Positions 1 through 12,942 of a stretch of DNA of 64,000 nucleotides are shown in pieces. The stretch covers positions 23,932,001 through 23,996,000 of the forward strand of contig CM060732.1 of the NCBI GenBank assembly GCA_030704615.1, in the 5' to 3' direction. Each line of letters opens with the position of its first letter. The first letter of the stretch is position 1. The notes under the pieces are model-generated. The model searched no databases, had not been told where the DNA came from, and saw nothing but the letters and a program-made list of their open reading frames with translations. Source of the stretch: Takakia lepidozioides (Eukaryota; Plantae; Bryophyta). The translations under genes were made by a program, and so were the position numbers.

Positions 1-1864
1 GGAACTGCCCACCACCGTGTAGTCCTTTGGCACATTACGCTTATTATGACCTGCAACGTAATCTAGATGGAATTAGCGAGCTGCCTGAGTTCCCAACTCT
101 CTGTCTCTCACCCTGACAGAAAAGGGGACACCTCTGAACACAAACATATATTGATTCAAGGTAGTGACTGATATCTGACCTGCCAATATGCACCCAACGA
201 GAGCACAAACGCTATAAACCAGGCATAGGATTATCGAGGCCAAGCTGATGTAGCGCAAAGAATGGAATGATGGCAGTTGGGCAAGAATATTTGTCACGAA
301 GCCATAGAAAATTACAAATTCGTACAGCTGAATAGACCCATGAGGAACCAGTGCCAGGTAGATTAGCTGCACACACAAGCTTGGCACATTAGGAAAACCT
401 TGCCAACGTCCGCGACACTTATGTACATACTCTTTGTTCAGAGTATGTACATACAGTGTGCACATTGAACATTGTGATGTTCAGCTGATTGTTGCATATC
501 CGACCTGTTGATTGGAAAGCCAAACATTTATGCACAGTATCAAGAAGCAATGCAGAACGACAAATGTTGGGCTTCCAGCTGGAGCAAGTGGTTTCTAGAT
601 TGACCTGAAGGTCAGAACAAATCTATTTGAGCAACTGACCAGAGTTAAATTGCATTGGGTTGTGGCGATTCAAGTAGGTAAGTGAACAAATTACAAATCA
701 CATCTATTTTGGAACATTGAATCGATAAGTTAGGGATAGATCATATATGTCAGACCGTCTAAACTTACCCTGGAGCCATATCCACCAGTTAACACAGATG
801 CAACAACCGTCACGAAGCACACTCCAAATTGCACAGGTGCAACAAAAGCATTTGTCCATCTGGGCCCTGCAGATTTCGGAAGGTGTACTCAGCCTAGATA
901 CACATAGATCCATATAGTGATACACTAATGGTCAAGTAATATCCACCTATATACCTTTTGCTGCTGTTTGGTGTACGTCTATAAATATTCCTCAATCTGC
1001 TGAAGAGAATAAGTAATCCGGAAGTAAACATTAATTCCACAGTTCAATACTTGAGCAAGCTTCCCACATTGTCAAGATCTACATAACAATGATTGTCTCT
1101 GAATCCCTTCCACAAAAATCTTCTAGTAGGAGATCCAGCTCACAATCTGCCAGTACGGGGGACCGAATTGAGATTGTGGATACTGATGAGAAATACAACT
1201 TTAGAGATGAGCAGGGAAAACTTGATGTGCGATTCTGACCTTTTCTTCTTGTAGCATGCAAAGGCGTTTAAAAAAACAATGAGCTAGAGGACTGACCAAT
1301 TACATGATGCGATAGATCGCGGAACCGATAGAATCGATGGCCAAGAGAGGCAGTGCGCTCCAGTACCTGGGACAACAAACAGTAGGAATAGCTGGAGACA
1401 ATTGCTGCAACCGTTAGGGCGCACAACCCCCCTGACCATCCCAAATTTGAAAGTGCGTACGGTAGACTGAGCAACGCTGGTCCAGCTATGGAGGTGGTTA
1501 GATGGTACCCAGCATGCCACCATTTCCCTGCACCGATGCATCATCATAGCCCATGAGACGAGTACATTAATGTACCAGTTGCACCGATGATTAGTAAGAC
1601 ATTTTCTGAGAACGGTCACATATTGATCAAAGGACATGCTGCCATCTCTCTCTCTCTCTGGTAACACGACATAGGCGTTCTACCTTTGGACTCTAGCACG
1701 AAGCCCGCGTCATTGGGACCTGAAGGCTCCACATCCGATATACCGACATCGTGACTCACATACCATTATGTGAATGGATCTTTCTTGTCAAAGGCCCCTT
1801 TCTGCAGGCTAACAACTGAAAAAGCATCGTCTCCTTTTGGCTTTCCCACCACCAATCCAGCCAT
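1..1864 (-). CDS. GAT1: GABA transporter 1-like amino-acid permease (AAAP family), 5' part; continues past window start; in-frame TAA in exon 1
   Basis: GT-AG exons read on minus strand: 1864-1684, 1527-1297, 866-769, 366-180, 50-1. They give ...[40 protein letters not shown]...GPRWTNAFVAPVQFGVCF...LAQLPSFHSLRYISLAS...GHNKRNVPKDYTVVGS, which matches the plant GAT1 pattern. ATG 1864-1862 is in frame, with TAA at 1768-1766. Confidence 0.85.
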
Positions 1865-3049
1865 AGTCCACACTCTCAGAATCTGGAAGCTGAGGACCTT
1901 GTTCAGTTCTTACAAGATCGATGTACCCCAACCCATATATCGTGATACCATCTTTTGCAAACCATCCGTTGCAATTACAGTCCTGAAGGACCTCCGATGC
2001 AGCAACTTGAAAGTATACATCCAAGAGTTTAAAGTTGCAAACTAGCTGGTGTCCAATCCAGCCAGCGACGGAAGCAGGAGAAACGCAGTCCCAAACTTGT
2101 TCCGTGAGATTCCTTGAACCAACAAAACTCCGTTTTCCGCGAACTTTGACAGGCTTAGTCGTCTTGCAGAGGCCTAAATTCTAAGCCAGGTATGGAGGTT
2201 GACATTTGACATCACCATTTTTCAACGTTTCGGCATAGATCGTTCTCAGTAGTACCAAATCAGGACGTGTACTCTTTCAAACTAGCTGGGACTTCCACAG
2301 AACTCTGTTCATGAAAACGCAGCCTTGCAGTGAGCCCAACTCAGGTTTCGAGACCCAACAAACACTCGCTTCATAAATTCATAAAGAACACGAAGAATCC
2401 ACAAACATGGAAAGCTCCAAGCTGTAAACAACGCGTCCTCGACGGTGCCCAACACTCGCTCTTATTACTCCTAAATTGAAGCATCCTTCACATGCCATGA
2501 ATTACTGCTGATGGTGTGCCGGCGCTAAAGACTCGCTCTGGCTACGGTAATCTAGGAACCAAGTCATTATAACCCCTAATGTCCCGCACCCTTTTTGTTT
2601 ACCAGCTGTTAATTCCTGAATAGATGCCTGATTGAAGAACAGCCAACAGCAGGATTGGAGTCCAAATTAAGAGCTTTCCAACGCAGCCTGCCCGAGATTC
2701 ATCGGCCAAAATGGTGGAAAGTAATGGCTGCTCAAAGTCCAATTTCCATCAAACGAAATCAGAATCTAGCGATAGATTCTCTGCCCTCTGCACCACCAAT
2801 ATTGGCATGTGCAGATACAATATATAGCTATCTCATAATTATATAGTTCATTTGCGTAGATCACAAAAGTTGCAAACATATTGAGCCCCCTTAAAATTTG
2901 TAATTTGGAACCTGAACCATCTTCAAATGAGTAAAAATGTCAACTATTAAATATAAAGGGGCCCACCAAAGTAAGGTGGAGGTGGAAGAAACTAGTATTG
3001 GCCTGGTATATAGGGCCTGGCCTGGTATCAACCAGGGTATTAAACAACC

Positions 3050-3252
3050 GACCCAGCTGGTATTGGCTCTTGTAATACCGTACTCGGCAGTTGGTATGGT
3101 TCGTGGGCGGTTTCCCACTCATTCGCCTCCATGGCGCACAAATGAAAGAGGTTATTTTCTCCTCTCACTAACTAAGGGGCCTGATTTGTGAGCTGTCGCT
3201 CCCAAGTGTTTCCCTTTTTTCAGAAAAAAAACCAACCAAAAAAACAAACAAA
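3050..3252 (+). mobile_element. Degenerate tRNA-derived SINE (family A)
   Basis: Shares the body/tail TGAAAG.GGTTA.TTT..C.CTC...AAGGGGCCTGA.TTGTGAGC.GTCGCTCCC with the copies at 4368 and 36460; A-rich tail. Boundaries approximate. Confidence 0.6.
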
Positions 3253-3600
3253 TAATGTGGGCTGTTAAGAGCCATGAGAGCATCTCGTCAATCATCAAAT
3301 GCAGTGATTGTTCAGCCAATTATCAGCCAATTATTCTAGGATTTCTCAGAGCTAAGGAAAATATTTTCCTAGAGCTTTATTCCTTGAAACATGCATTTGG
3401 AGATTTGTTGGAGTTTATTTGAGATTTTAGGCATTCTTTTATAAAGTTTCTGGAATTTCGGCCGTTTTTCATAAATTTTCACTTAATTATTAGGCAGATT
3501 CATTTCCAATTATTTAGTGCCGGATCAGCCTGCCCACTATGGTACTAGGGTTAATATCCGAACTGCCTGGTATTGACAATTCCAATACCTTGGTCAATAC

Positions 3601-4142
3601 CAGTGTTGGACTGGTATCATATCTTGAACACACCAGGCTGGTACTGGTATATAGGCCTCCGGCCAATTTTGATACCAGGGAGGTACTGGTATTGGCAAAA
3701 ATCTAATTTTGATACCATGGTGGTATCAATAATACCTAATAGGTGTGGTGTTTTATGGGTATCAATAGCAAGAGTTTTTTGAAATTGATACCAGGGTATT
3801 ATCAATACTGGTCTGGTATCAAAAAGATTCAGGATATGTTAAATTTTGAAGGCCCACTTCTCATATAAATGTGTACAAGCATGCTTCCCATTGATTGTAT
3901 TCCTCAAGGTATTCCTCAAGTTCCTCAAAGTATTGATACCAGGTTTACCTCACAAAAATGGATCTGGTACTAAATTTTCAACCACCTACCAGACTGGTAG
4001 GGTATCGTCCATAGTATTAGGAAGCAGATACCATGCCAATACGGGTATATGCTAGGTAGTGGCATGAGGTGATACCAGACTGGTCTGGTACTTCATACCA
4101 ATATTGATACCAGTTTCTTATCGGTATACCAGTCCAACACTG
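3601..4142. mobile_element. hAT-type non-autonomous element (MITE)
   Basis: Perfect 17-bp TIR CAGTGTTGGACTGGTAT / ATACCAGTCCAACACTG; perfect 8-bp TSD GTCAATAC (3593-3600 and 4143-4150); internal TGGTAT/ATACCA motifs. Confidence 0.9.
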
Positions 4143-4365
4143 GTCAATACCCTATATGGGCTGATATTGGCAAAGGCAATACCCTTGCAATACCCATATA
4201 TTATGGGCCAAGACAAGGACTATACACATGGTATAGAATCTAGATATGCACTTGGGGTGGTAGCCTACACGTCAAAGTTAAAGGGCATGTCCAGCCCCAA
4301 GGGCCGCCACTATTTTTTTTAATTTATTTTTTTCATTTTTAGCACATGTCGGTAAGGCAATGTCC

Positions 4366-4367
<2 letters not shown>

Positions 4368-4401
<34 letters not shown>

Positions 4402-4603
4402 GAAACCTGGGAGCGACTGCTCACAGTTCAGGCCCTTGAGGAGGGGGAAAAATTAACCCCTTTTCAGAGAAGCCATTAGGCACACAGGTGGAAACGTCAC
4501 CACCAGACCAACCGGTCACGAACAATCCACACACCAGGCAGGGCAGCGGGTTTGAACCCCGAACCACCAGGGCGACACATTGTGCACTTACCAGCTGATG
4601 TGC
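4368..4603 (-). mobile_element. tRNA-derived SINE (family A), full length with poly(A)
   Basis: Minus strand has A-box-like CAGCTGGTAAG, B-box GGTTCAAACC and a ~30-nt poly(A) tail (poly-T 4368-4398). TSD ATGTCCACTT at 4360-4369 and 4604-4613. Confidence 0.85.
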
Positions 4604-5127
4604 ATGTCCACTTGGTATTGACAACCTCGCCAAATTAGTGCTAATTTTAAAGAATTGGCCAGATGATGTGCGGACAGATTGCAAGGTTCTTGAGCAAGGG
4701 ATCACGGATTTCTTTTTGTCGGAAGACAATATGAGGATCTCATTGCAGATGCTGGCATGTTTGACAATGAGGCTTGCAATCAATTTTCTTTTAACAAAGC
4801 TCGCTTCACTTTGCGTACTACAATCTGCAACATTATTATGTAATGCAAAGTCTGAATTTTGTAATAGAATATTTAATTTCTTTGTGAAGTCAAGTATGGT
4901 TCTAGATTAAAGGCATAATAATGATTTGGTGGTTATTTTAATTTTAATTTTAACTATATATAGTGGGGTTGATAACCAGCTGGTATTACGATGGAATACA
5001 TGTCCTATTGATACCCGTCCACAAATCAAAAATCATACTACTATTGAGGACCGGCGGATATTAAAATTAAGTGAATATTCCAATACTATGGAACCGGCTG
5101 GTATTGAAAAAAGTAATAGATAGTAGC

Positions 5128-5282
5128 CCTCACCCTCTTCATATTTTGTCTCCGCGGAAGGCCTCGCCCTCTTCATATATATTGTCTCAAGGTGGAAGGC
5201 CTGATCACCCTCTTTATATAAGCTTACTCTCTAGGTTGAAGGCCTCACCCTCTGTACATAATGTCTCTAGGCGGAAGGCGGT
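5128..5282. repeat. Short degenerate tandem repeat (~40-bp unit, about 4 copies)
   Basis: Recurrent GAAGGCCTC(A/G)CCCTCT(T/G)(C/T)A(T/C)AT...TCTC units. Confidence 0.6.
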
Positions 5283-6653
5283 GGTGGAGCCTTCTAGAAG
5301 GGGGGCCACCACCTCATTCCCACGACCTCATACCGGGGCCATCCGGTTTCCATAACGTGGGCCCTTGGCGTGCAACAATGTCAAGCCGTTCCTATACTGT
5401 TGGCATGGCGTCCGCTCAAAGTAGTTTTCTAACACATAAGAAACTACGTTACGGAGATAGAAGTGCGGTCCTTGAATGCTGCAGCCTGTATTAGGGCGCC
5501 ACGAGTGAGGGAAGGAGGAAGAAAAAACTCTATCATGACATCACCCTTCATGGGGATTTTTGGCCACTTGCCTTGTAGCGTCGGGAAGACACCGTTCCCC
5601 AAGGGCGTCCTGCCAACGGAGGCAAATGCTATGTATGGCTATATGACCTCACATATCATCCATTCAACACCCTTCCCTCCCCATTGGTTGCTCCAATCCT
5701 CTAGCATTTTTTGACCTTCAGGAATAGCCCAGCCAGAATATGGGACCCTTATTTATTTGAGTCATGAATCTATAGATTTTTGACAAAAAATCAATCTTTG
5801 TGGGACATTTAGGGGATAATCTAATGGGATTTTCACTGTTTTTCATTGTCGGATTTGTCGTGCGCATACATATCGCTACACAACTACATCGTTGTCCAAA
5901 ACCACACAACACATGTGCACACCACACACTAGTATATCACTAGTCCACCACTAGTCCAGTCACTAGTCCAACCACTAGGCTGCCACTAGTCAGTCGCTAG
6001 GCTGCCCACTATGGCAGTCACTAGTCCACCACAATCACCCCCCTAGCTGGTGCTTAGGTCCCTCTAAGTCCAGGTAGCCACAAGATGTGATAGTGACCAT
6101 AGCCTCACTATGTCCTCCACCACTGTCCCTACTACACTCAAACTCGATAGATCAAGAGGCCGGGTGCAAGAGTTGCCCCATCGTTAGTCGTCGTCTTGCA
6201 ACCTGTGAACTTGAGCCTAGGATCTCTTTTTGAGCTTCCCGGGCTTGTGAGGGCGTTTTGTTGTGAGTGACCCGGGCGATTGTGGGAGAGTAGAGAGAAA
6301 GAGAGACCCCCGCGTACTGCCCGCTATGTGTGGAATGGCCCAGTACGAAGGAGTACTCGTTTGAGGGAGAGGAGTCGTGTTCACATGGGGGTGGCGGAGA
6401 AGGAGTCCAGCGACTTGGAGACCAACCCGGGGGAGGATAGTGGAGCGACTTCCAGTGCTGACTACTCAGCAGAGAGCGAGAGCACGGACGAGGAGGAAGA
6501 CCAGAGTGCTGAGAAGATCGTCATTCACATGACTCCTTCCAAGCGGCCCTTAAGGACTCCACCCCAACCGAGGAGGGTAACAAGCCCGCGGTGGGATCCC
6601 TAAGACCCCTTCTGTCTCTATTTCTATCTCTCTCCCTCTCTCACCCTTAGTTC

Positions 6654-8190
6654 ACATAGCTGTGTCACTGTTAACGGACAGAAGTCCAACTTCTTTGACA
6701 TAGACCAAGGTGTAGCTCAAGGATGTACTCTCTCCCCTTTGCTCTTCAATGTTTTCATCAATCAACTCCTCGAGGATGTAGAAAGTGAGGGATTTAGGGT
6801 TAAGGGTGGGTGATACCACCATACCAGCCCTTATGTTTGCGGATGACTTCGCTGGCATAGGAGAGACTCCAACCAATCTCCAGGAGTTGATTGATTGCGC
6901 GAAGAGATACTTTGATCTTTGGGGGCTAGAGGCTAATGTCAGAAAATGTGCAGTGGTAGCATTCAACAACAGAGGAGAGGGAGGAAGTGATCTTAAGTGG
7001 CAGTGGGGTACCCAAGAGATCCCGGTCCACCCTAAACCCTACACTTACCTGGGCGTTCACTTTTCTTCCAATTGTAATTGGGATGCACATATCCGGAAAG
7101 TTGTTCAAACTGGCAAGGGCAAAGGTCTGGGGCTCACTAAATTTTTCCACTGCAGAGGGGTCAACTCTGAGGTTAAGAAAACCATGCTTTGTCGCGTTAT
7201 TAGACCTGCATGGAAGTACGAATCTGCTATATGGGTTGATAACTCCAACCAGGCTAAGTCTGTAGAATCCATTCAAGTGGGGGTGCTTAAGGAGTGTATG
7301 TCAACATGCTCCAAAACAACCAATGTGGCTGTTCGGGGTGAGTTTGGCATTCCGTCCTTAAGCTCCCGACGAGATGAATTCGAGGTCAGATGGTGGGGTC
7401 AGCTGCAACATATGCCCAAGACCAGATATCCTAAGTTAATCGACTCTATATCTTGGAAACAGGACCGCCCTGTCAAATAGGCTAAGTCCTGGTAGAAGAG
7501 AGTAGAAGAGATTCTCGAGGACCTGGACATGGATCCTCAAGTCTTGACCCTGCTGGATAAATCTGACTTAGAGGCTGTAGTGTCCAAAGCCATGTCTGTT
7601 GCCATGAGATTGTCTGATGAAAATGAAGTTAGGCAGAAAACTTCCCTGAATTTGTTTCCAATCAGTGACATGGGGGACGACATCTTGGATGACCTCAAGG
7701 GTCTACCCACTCTCGGCACTAGACTGAAATTTAAACTTAGGGCAGGAAGCCTACCTTTGAACAGCTAACAGAAGCAGAGAGGAAAGGGAGAGTGCAATTG
7801 TCCGTTGTGTGGGCAATCTGAAGACAATATTCATTTTCTGATACACTATCCGGGGTTCTCTCACCAAAGAGACGCTCTCTTCAATTCTATCAAGGGAATT
7901 GTGCCTGTACCCCTGTTTACCAACTTTGAAAGTCTCGAGGCTGAGCCAAAAGCCCAGGCCCTCCTGAGGCCTAGTTTTTGGGCAAATCACACATAGCAGA
8001 TTGATGCTTGTGTGAAGGGATTTCTAGAGGATATCTGGAAAACCCGGATTAATTCTTTATATGAAGGTAAGTCTTACTACCAACGTCAGCCCTTGACAGA
8101 GGTAGGTTCTGTTCCTTTTGTTCCCGCTCAAACTGGGCGCGGGGTCAATGGCCACAAGGCTACGGCAAACAACGTCTTATGAGTACAATA
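6654..8190 (+). mobile_element. 5'-truncated non-L1 LINE (RTE-X/RTE/L2-like), decayed RT
   Basis: Motifs GVAQGCTLSPLLFNVFIN, LMFADD, YTYLGVHF, KLRAGSLPL and C-terminal CPLC..EDNIHFL. Perfect 13-bp TSD TCACCCTTAGTTC at 6641-6653 and 8191-8203. Several stops. Confidence 0.85.
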
Positions 8191-8974
8191 TCACCCTTAG
8201 TTCCTCTCAGATTGCAATTGAGCATTTTCATGATGTGTAGGGTTTAGGGTAGGGTTTTGTGTAAAGCAGAGGTAGAGGCAGAACTGAGCAAGGTTTAGGG
8301 TAAATCTAAGTGAGTAAGAGGCTGGGGTGTATGGTGGAGGAATGATCTTTGGAGTGATGAATTGATGGAGAAGGGAGTGTGTGGGGTTGGACTGAGAGTG
8401 AGGGAGAGGCTGGAGAATGGCTCATGAAATGTATATGCTTACAGTGACTGAGATGGTGATTGGTTTATATAACCAAGCCTATTACTACTATGATTGGCTT
8501 GTGAACTTAAGGCATGAGTGGTTGATTGTTTCATTTCGAACCTGATATGCTTTGAGATTGGTTCCGGAGATTTATGTCCAGACTTGCAATCGGCTTTTGT
8601 GATGAGTTTACAATCTGCATAAATGGTGGTAAATGTTATATATCAAACCTTGGTTCTTTCCTAAATGTGAATGACCTGGAAACTTTGTTAGAAAGATGAA
8701 TGGCTTACAAGTTGGACTATGTATGGCTTGATTGCTGGATTAAATTTCAAAGGGTTAGAACATGTGTTAGGGTTTTAATACTGAATGGATGTGGGACATT
8801 GCTAGGGCGCCAGAGCATGACATTCCATGCATTCACGCCGTTGGATGCCAAACTTTTCTTGGCACGTTGGGCCAAGGTTTGTATGCAGTTCACGAACTGC
8901 CGACCTTGCTCGTTGTCCGGTTGACCTTATTTTCCATCATTACTAACTTTGTGGGGTGGAGGGGCTTGTGTTAG

Positions 8975-11931
8975 GCTGCATCAAAGCGCGCAAAGGAAGG
9001 GGGGACTGAGGCTGTGGCGAATGCTACTGGTCCACCTATGACATGGGTGCAACAAGGCCCGAATGGCCCTTGGGTGCAATCCAGAGGTGGGCAAACGTGG
9101 CTGCAGCAAGAAGCACCTACCTGGCAGCAGCCCATGGCCCCTCCACAGACGACGAACACGTGGTCATGGATTCCAAGTGGGTCCAATGGAGGACCCCAAG
9201 GAGCTTGGATACAAGGAGGTGCCCAAACTTGGGGCCCTCCATGCAACGCCACTGGTGGGCAGTGGGCAGGCCCCCATTTTAATGGTGTTGCTTCTCCATT
9301 CACCCCCCCCTGCTGGTGATGATCAAGATTCCACATAGCAAGGGGATGTGGCGTTGCAGGCTGCAAACAAAAAAAAGACAAAAAAGGCTGGCTGCAAAGG
9401 AACATGAAACTGATGCGAAAGCCCGCAAATCTGTTGGGCTGAAGCTGCACAAGGTACAACTAAACTCTAAGGGGGAAATAGACCAGGGGTGTGAGGGGAA
9501 GGATTACTGGCAGAGCTCCTTGCGGGGACTCTGCATCAGATATCTTGATCCTAGCATTTTGCTAGCAGACAAGCAGGAACCCAGTGACATGGCCAAGGTT
9601 AAGGAATCCATGGACGCGGATTTTGAGTACTATCCTAAACTTATGAGCGTTGACAAGTTCCAGAAAGCATGTGGGAGGATTATAAAAGTACACCGCCAAA
9701 AGTTAAAGCTGGTGTGGTTGGCTGGAGGTCCATGCCCTCCGAGTGTAGAGTCCTGCCATTGGGATGCATTGGTGAAGTACCGGGATTCCCCCAAGGGCAA
9801 GAAAGAGAGTGAGAACATGAAGAGAGCACGATCCAATGTTACCAACCCATCGAGGGTTGGAAGAGCAGGGTTGGCTGGACAAGCCCGACGCTTGGTAATA
9901 TGAATATCTGTACCACATTTTAGTATATGTATACATGTATATGTATGTACATATATACACATGTATGTGATGGAGTAGGATACCATCTCTGCCCTGTGAG
10001 GTAGTTGCAAACGGTACTACAATCATGCCTCTGTAAACGCCCCACTTGTTTGGATGAATAGGGGCTAATTTTTTTTTGTTGTGGCCCTGGCAGAAGAAAG
10101 AGAGAGCACGAAGTCCAAGCATCACTGAACTGGCACACGCATCAAAGGCGGACAAGGGTTTAGGCTCCCAGTCAATTGGAGGTGCACAAGTAAATGGCGT
10201 GTGGGTATTTTTTTTGTTGTTGCATTCATTTTGTTGGAGCAGTAGCCAGGCCATGCGGGCTGATTATGTGTCTTTCTTTGGATGTATAGGAGGGGGCAGT
10301 GCGATGCAGTCTCGACTGTCGTCCCTTGAGGGCAGTGTGCTTGCCTTGGCAGACGTTCAGATCCCGACGATTGAGGGTGAATTGGCCACTATAAAGGCAG
10401 AAGTTGCTAAGGCTTCTGCGGACAATAGCAAAAAACTGGATGCATTGATGGCAATGATGTTGGGAATGTCAGCAACCGCCCCTCCTCCAACTACTATCCC
10501 AATATGTACTATTATTGAACCTTGCGATTCCGACGCAGGCTTGGGAGGCAAGACTGCTACGGAGAAGGTGGTTTGTGCACCTTCACCCCAACTTATTTTT
10601 GTGGTTGTCATTCATTCAGTGTTAGTTGACTTTGAAGTTTACTGCTCTGGTATGTTTTGCTTGGGTGCAGGGAGAACCTCTTGAGGTTGGGGAAAAGCCA
10701 AAGTCGTCTGCCATTGAGGACCTTGTGGTGACCCAAGTAAAATTGGGGCGCAAGGGAATTCCTAATAAATTGCCACGTAAGAAGGGAGGTGGAGCTGGCG
10801 GGACAGCAATATTGGCTGCTGGTGAGGACGTCTGCTCCACCGAGAGTGCTGGTAAGGGTGACAGTAGGGGATTGGCAGATCAGCATGTGAAGCCAACTTC
10901 TCCACAGAAAGAGGTACGCCCTCAAAGACTTTATCTTGGTTCCTGTCCTTAGGCTTTCTGTTTTTGACTCTGAAAACATTTCATGAATGATCTATTTATT
11001 GGTGTGTGCCATGAATTCTATGCATCAGGTATGGTAAGACGTACTCATGTACTATACCTTGTTGTTTTGTTGGCATGTAGAAGGGGACTAAAGCAGAGGA
11101 CCTTGCCCCAGCCATCGTGAAGGGAGCTGAGAAGAAGTACATGCGAAAAGGAGAGCGTGTAACCAGAGCCATTGCTGCCAAAGGCACAAAGTCCTTGATT
11201 GATGCAAATGGTGACATAACACCAAGTTCTAGCGGGAGTAAGAGTCAGGTGGGCCTTCAGGAGGCACCTCTCCATGCAGCAGTTTCCGTACTAGAGGTGA
11301 GCATGCATGCACCTGTTGGCTATCAGTTCTGTACAATGTGGCCATTTACATGTTGGGTACTTCAAACTATTAGTAGATGCATTGCTAAATGAAACTGCTA
11401 AGGGGTGTTGGGCGTGATGTTTGCAAGCTGAGAAAGCCGCTCTTGATACTGCCACTGACAGTGCACCAACTGCGGCGCCTTCAAAGGCAACCCCCAAATA
11501 TCAACCCCCTGCCACAGTGGCAGATATTCTTATGCCACCAAAAGTACTCTACACTTTCAGTGATTGCTTATACTGGGCGGTCCTCATTATCTAGTTTTCA
11601 ATGTACATGTATGTCTTCATGGGTTGATTAATGTGGGTTTTATGGTGGGTGTTGTGTGCAGTTTAAGTTGAAGGACAAAATCAGCCTGTATGATCCTCAT
11701 TTACCACGACACAGGGCTGCCAGTGGAATTGTCACTGGTGTGCCTGGTAAATATACATATCACTGCCGCGTTATACCTGAGGGATTGTGGTGGGTTGAGG
11801 TGAATGATATCTATATTGCCAATTGTGTCTTGCCTCACCCTAACGAGGAAGAGGTCCCACCGCAAACAATGTTAGAGGATGTCGTTGGTCTGAATTGTCT
11901 TTGGCCAGAGAAGAACATGAAGAGGTCTTAG
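8975..11931 (+). pseudogene. CACTA TnpA/ORF2-like multi-exon gene, frameshifted
   Basis: HWDALVKYRDSPKGKKESENMKRARSNVTNPSRVGRAGLA resembles the plant Ptta/En/Spm (Transposase_24-type) motif. The last exon (11662-11931; YHCRVIPEGLWWVEVNDI...LPHPNEEE...LEDVVGLNCLWP) resembles the Tnp1/En/Spm C-terminal domain. Several GT-AG introns. Confidence 0.7.
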
Positions 11932-12539
11932 ATTTCGTTCGCCCGGGCATAGACATTGCTGGCAGTGAGAAGAAGGCATGAAAGCAGTTCAGTATTCCTA
12001 GCATGCATGCGGAGACGCCGTGTACAAGTTAGGCTTAGTGCTTTTATCATGGCTGGATTTTGTTGACAGTGTTCCAGCACTTAATTCTCTGGGATTCTAT
12101 TCTATTTTGTGGAGCTTGAATCCCCATTGGTACTTCTTTAAACACTACAGTAGTGGTATGTGTTCCTCTAGTCATGTTCATAATCACTTGCACATCACTG
12201 TAATAGTGGTATAATTTAAAACTGTGGGAGTAGCCAAATGCACACAATTGCCTACATTACCACTTATATAGTGGTATAAGTAGTCACATATATATTACTG
12301 TACTAGTGGTATGAATTCCTCCAGTGGTATTCCTAATCACTTACACACCACTCTGTTAGTAATGACTCCAATCCATAGTTCACACTCAGAGAGACACCAT
12401 GAATGACTCAAATAGCTTACACACCACTCTGTGTTCATAGAATGACTCTATGAGTCATTTTGTGGTTACTCAACAAGTGGTTTCAGAAGTCATTGAATTT
12501 TTCACTCCATCCATTTCGTAGCACTGACACACGACAGGT

Positions 12540-12942
12540 GGTCCATGCTGAGAGTGTCGCCACGTGTCGACATAATCTCCAATATCATCCACGGACCACC
12601 GGCTTACACATCTCCACTACAAAACGGAAGTGATTACTTTACCACTATGACACGTCAGTTTACCACTGTGACACGTCATAAGTGATTGGTTTATCTCAGT
12701 GACACGTCATTGACATGTCACAGTGGTTAATTTACCACTGTGACACGTCAGCTAACAGGTGGACCCGGACATGAGTGGTACGAACCACTGTCCTTAACCA
12801 CCGATGCCACGTAATGTCTTTTACCACTCACTTGTCATAATGCACTGGTTCTTCATCACTCTGGGGCCAGAGTGGTTTAGTGTCTTTTACCACTCAAAAT
12901 GAGTGGTTAACAGAGTGGTTATTCCGCGGTTTTCTTCTAGTG
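12540..12942. repeat. CACTA subterminal repeats and right TIR
   Basis: Multiple direct and inverted TACCACTGTGACACGTCA / ACCACT / AGTGGT motifs ending in TAGTG. Confidence 0.75.

Larger units (their letters stand above)
5930..12942 (+). mobile_element. CACTA (En/Spm) element, right portion; left end and TnpD transposase not found
   Basis: Ends ...GGTTTTCTTCTAGTG at 12942 (reverse complement CACTAGAAGAAAACC), preceded by subterminal ACCACT/GACACGTCA repeats; contains a TnpA-like gene. Left boundary is only approximate. Confidence 0.75.

Noticed and set aside
5926-6030. CACTAG repeats as the CACTA left terminus
   Set aside because: They do not extend into the CACTAGAAGAAAACC TIR and lack the expected CTC TSD.
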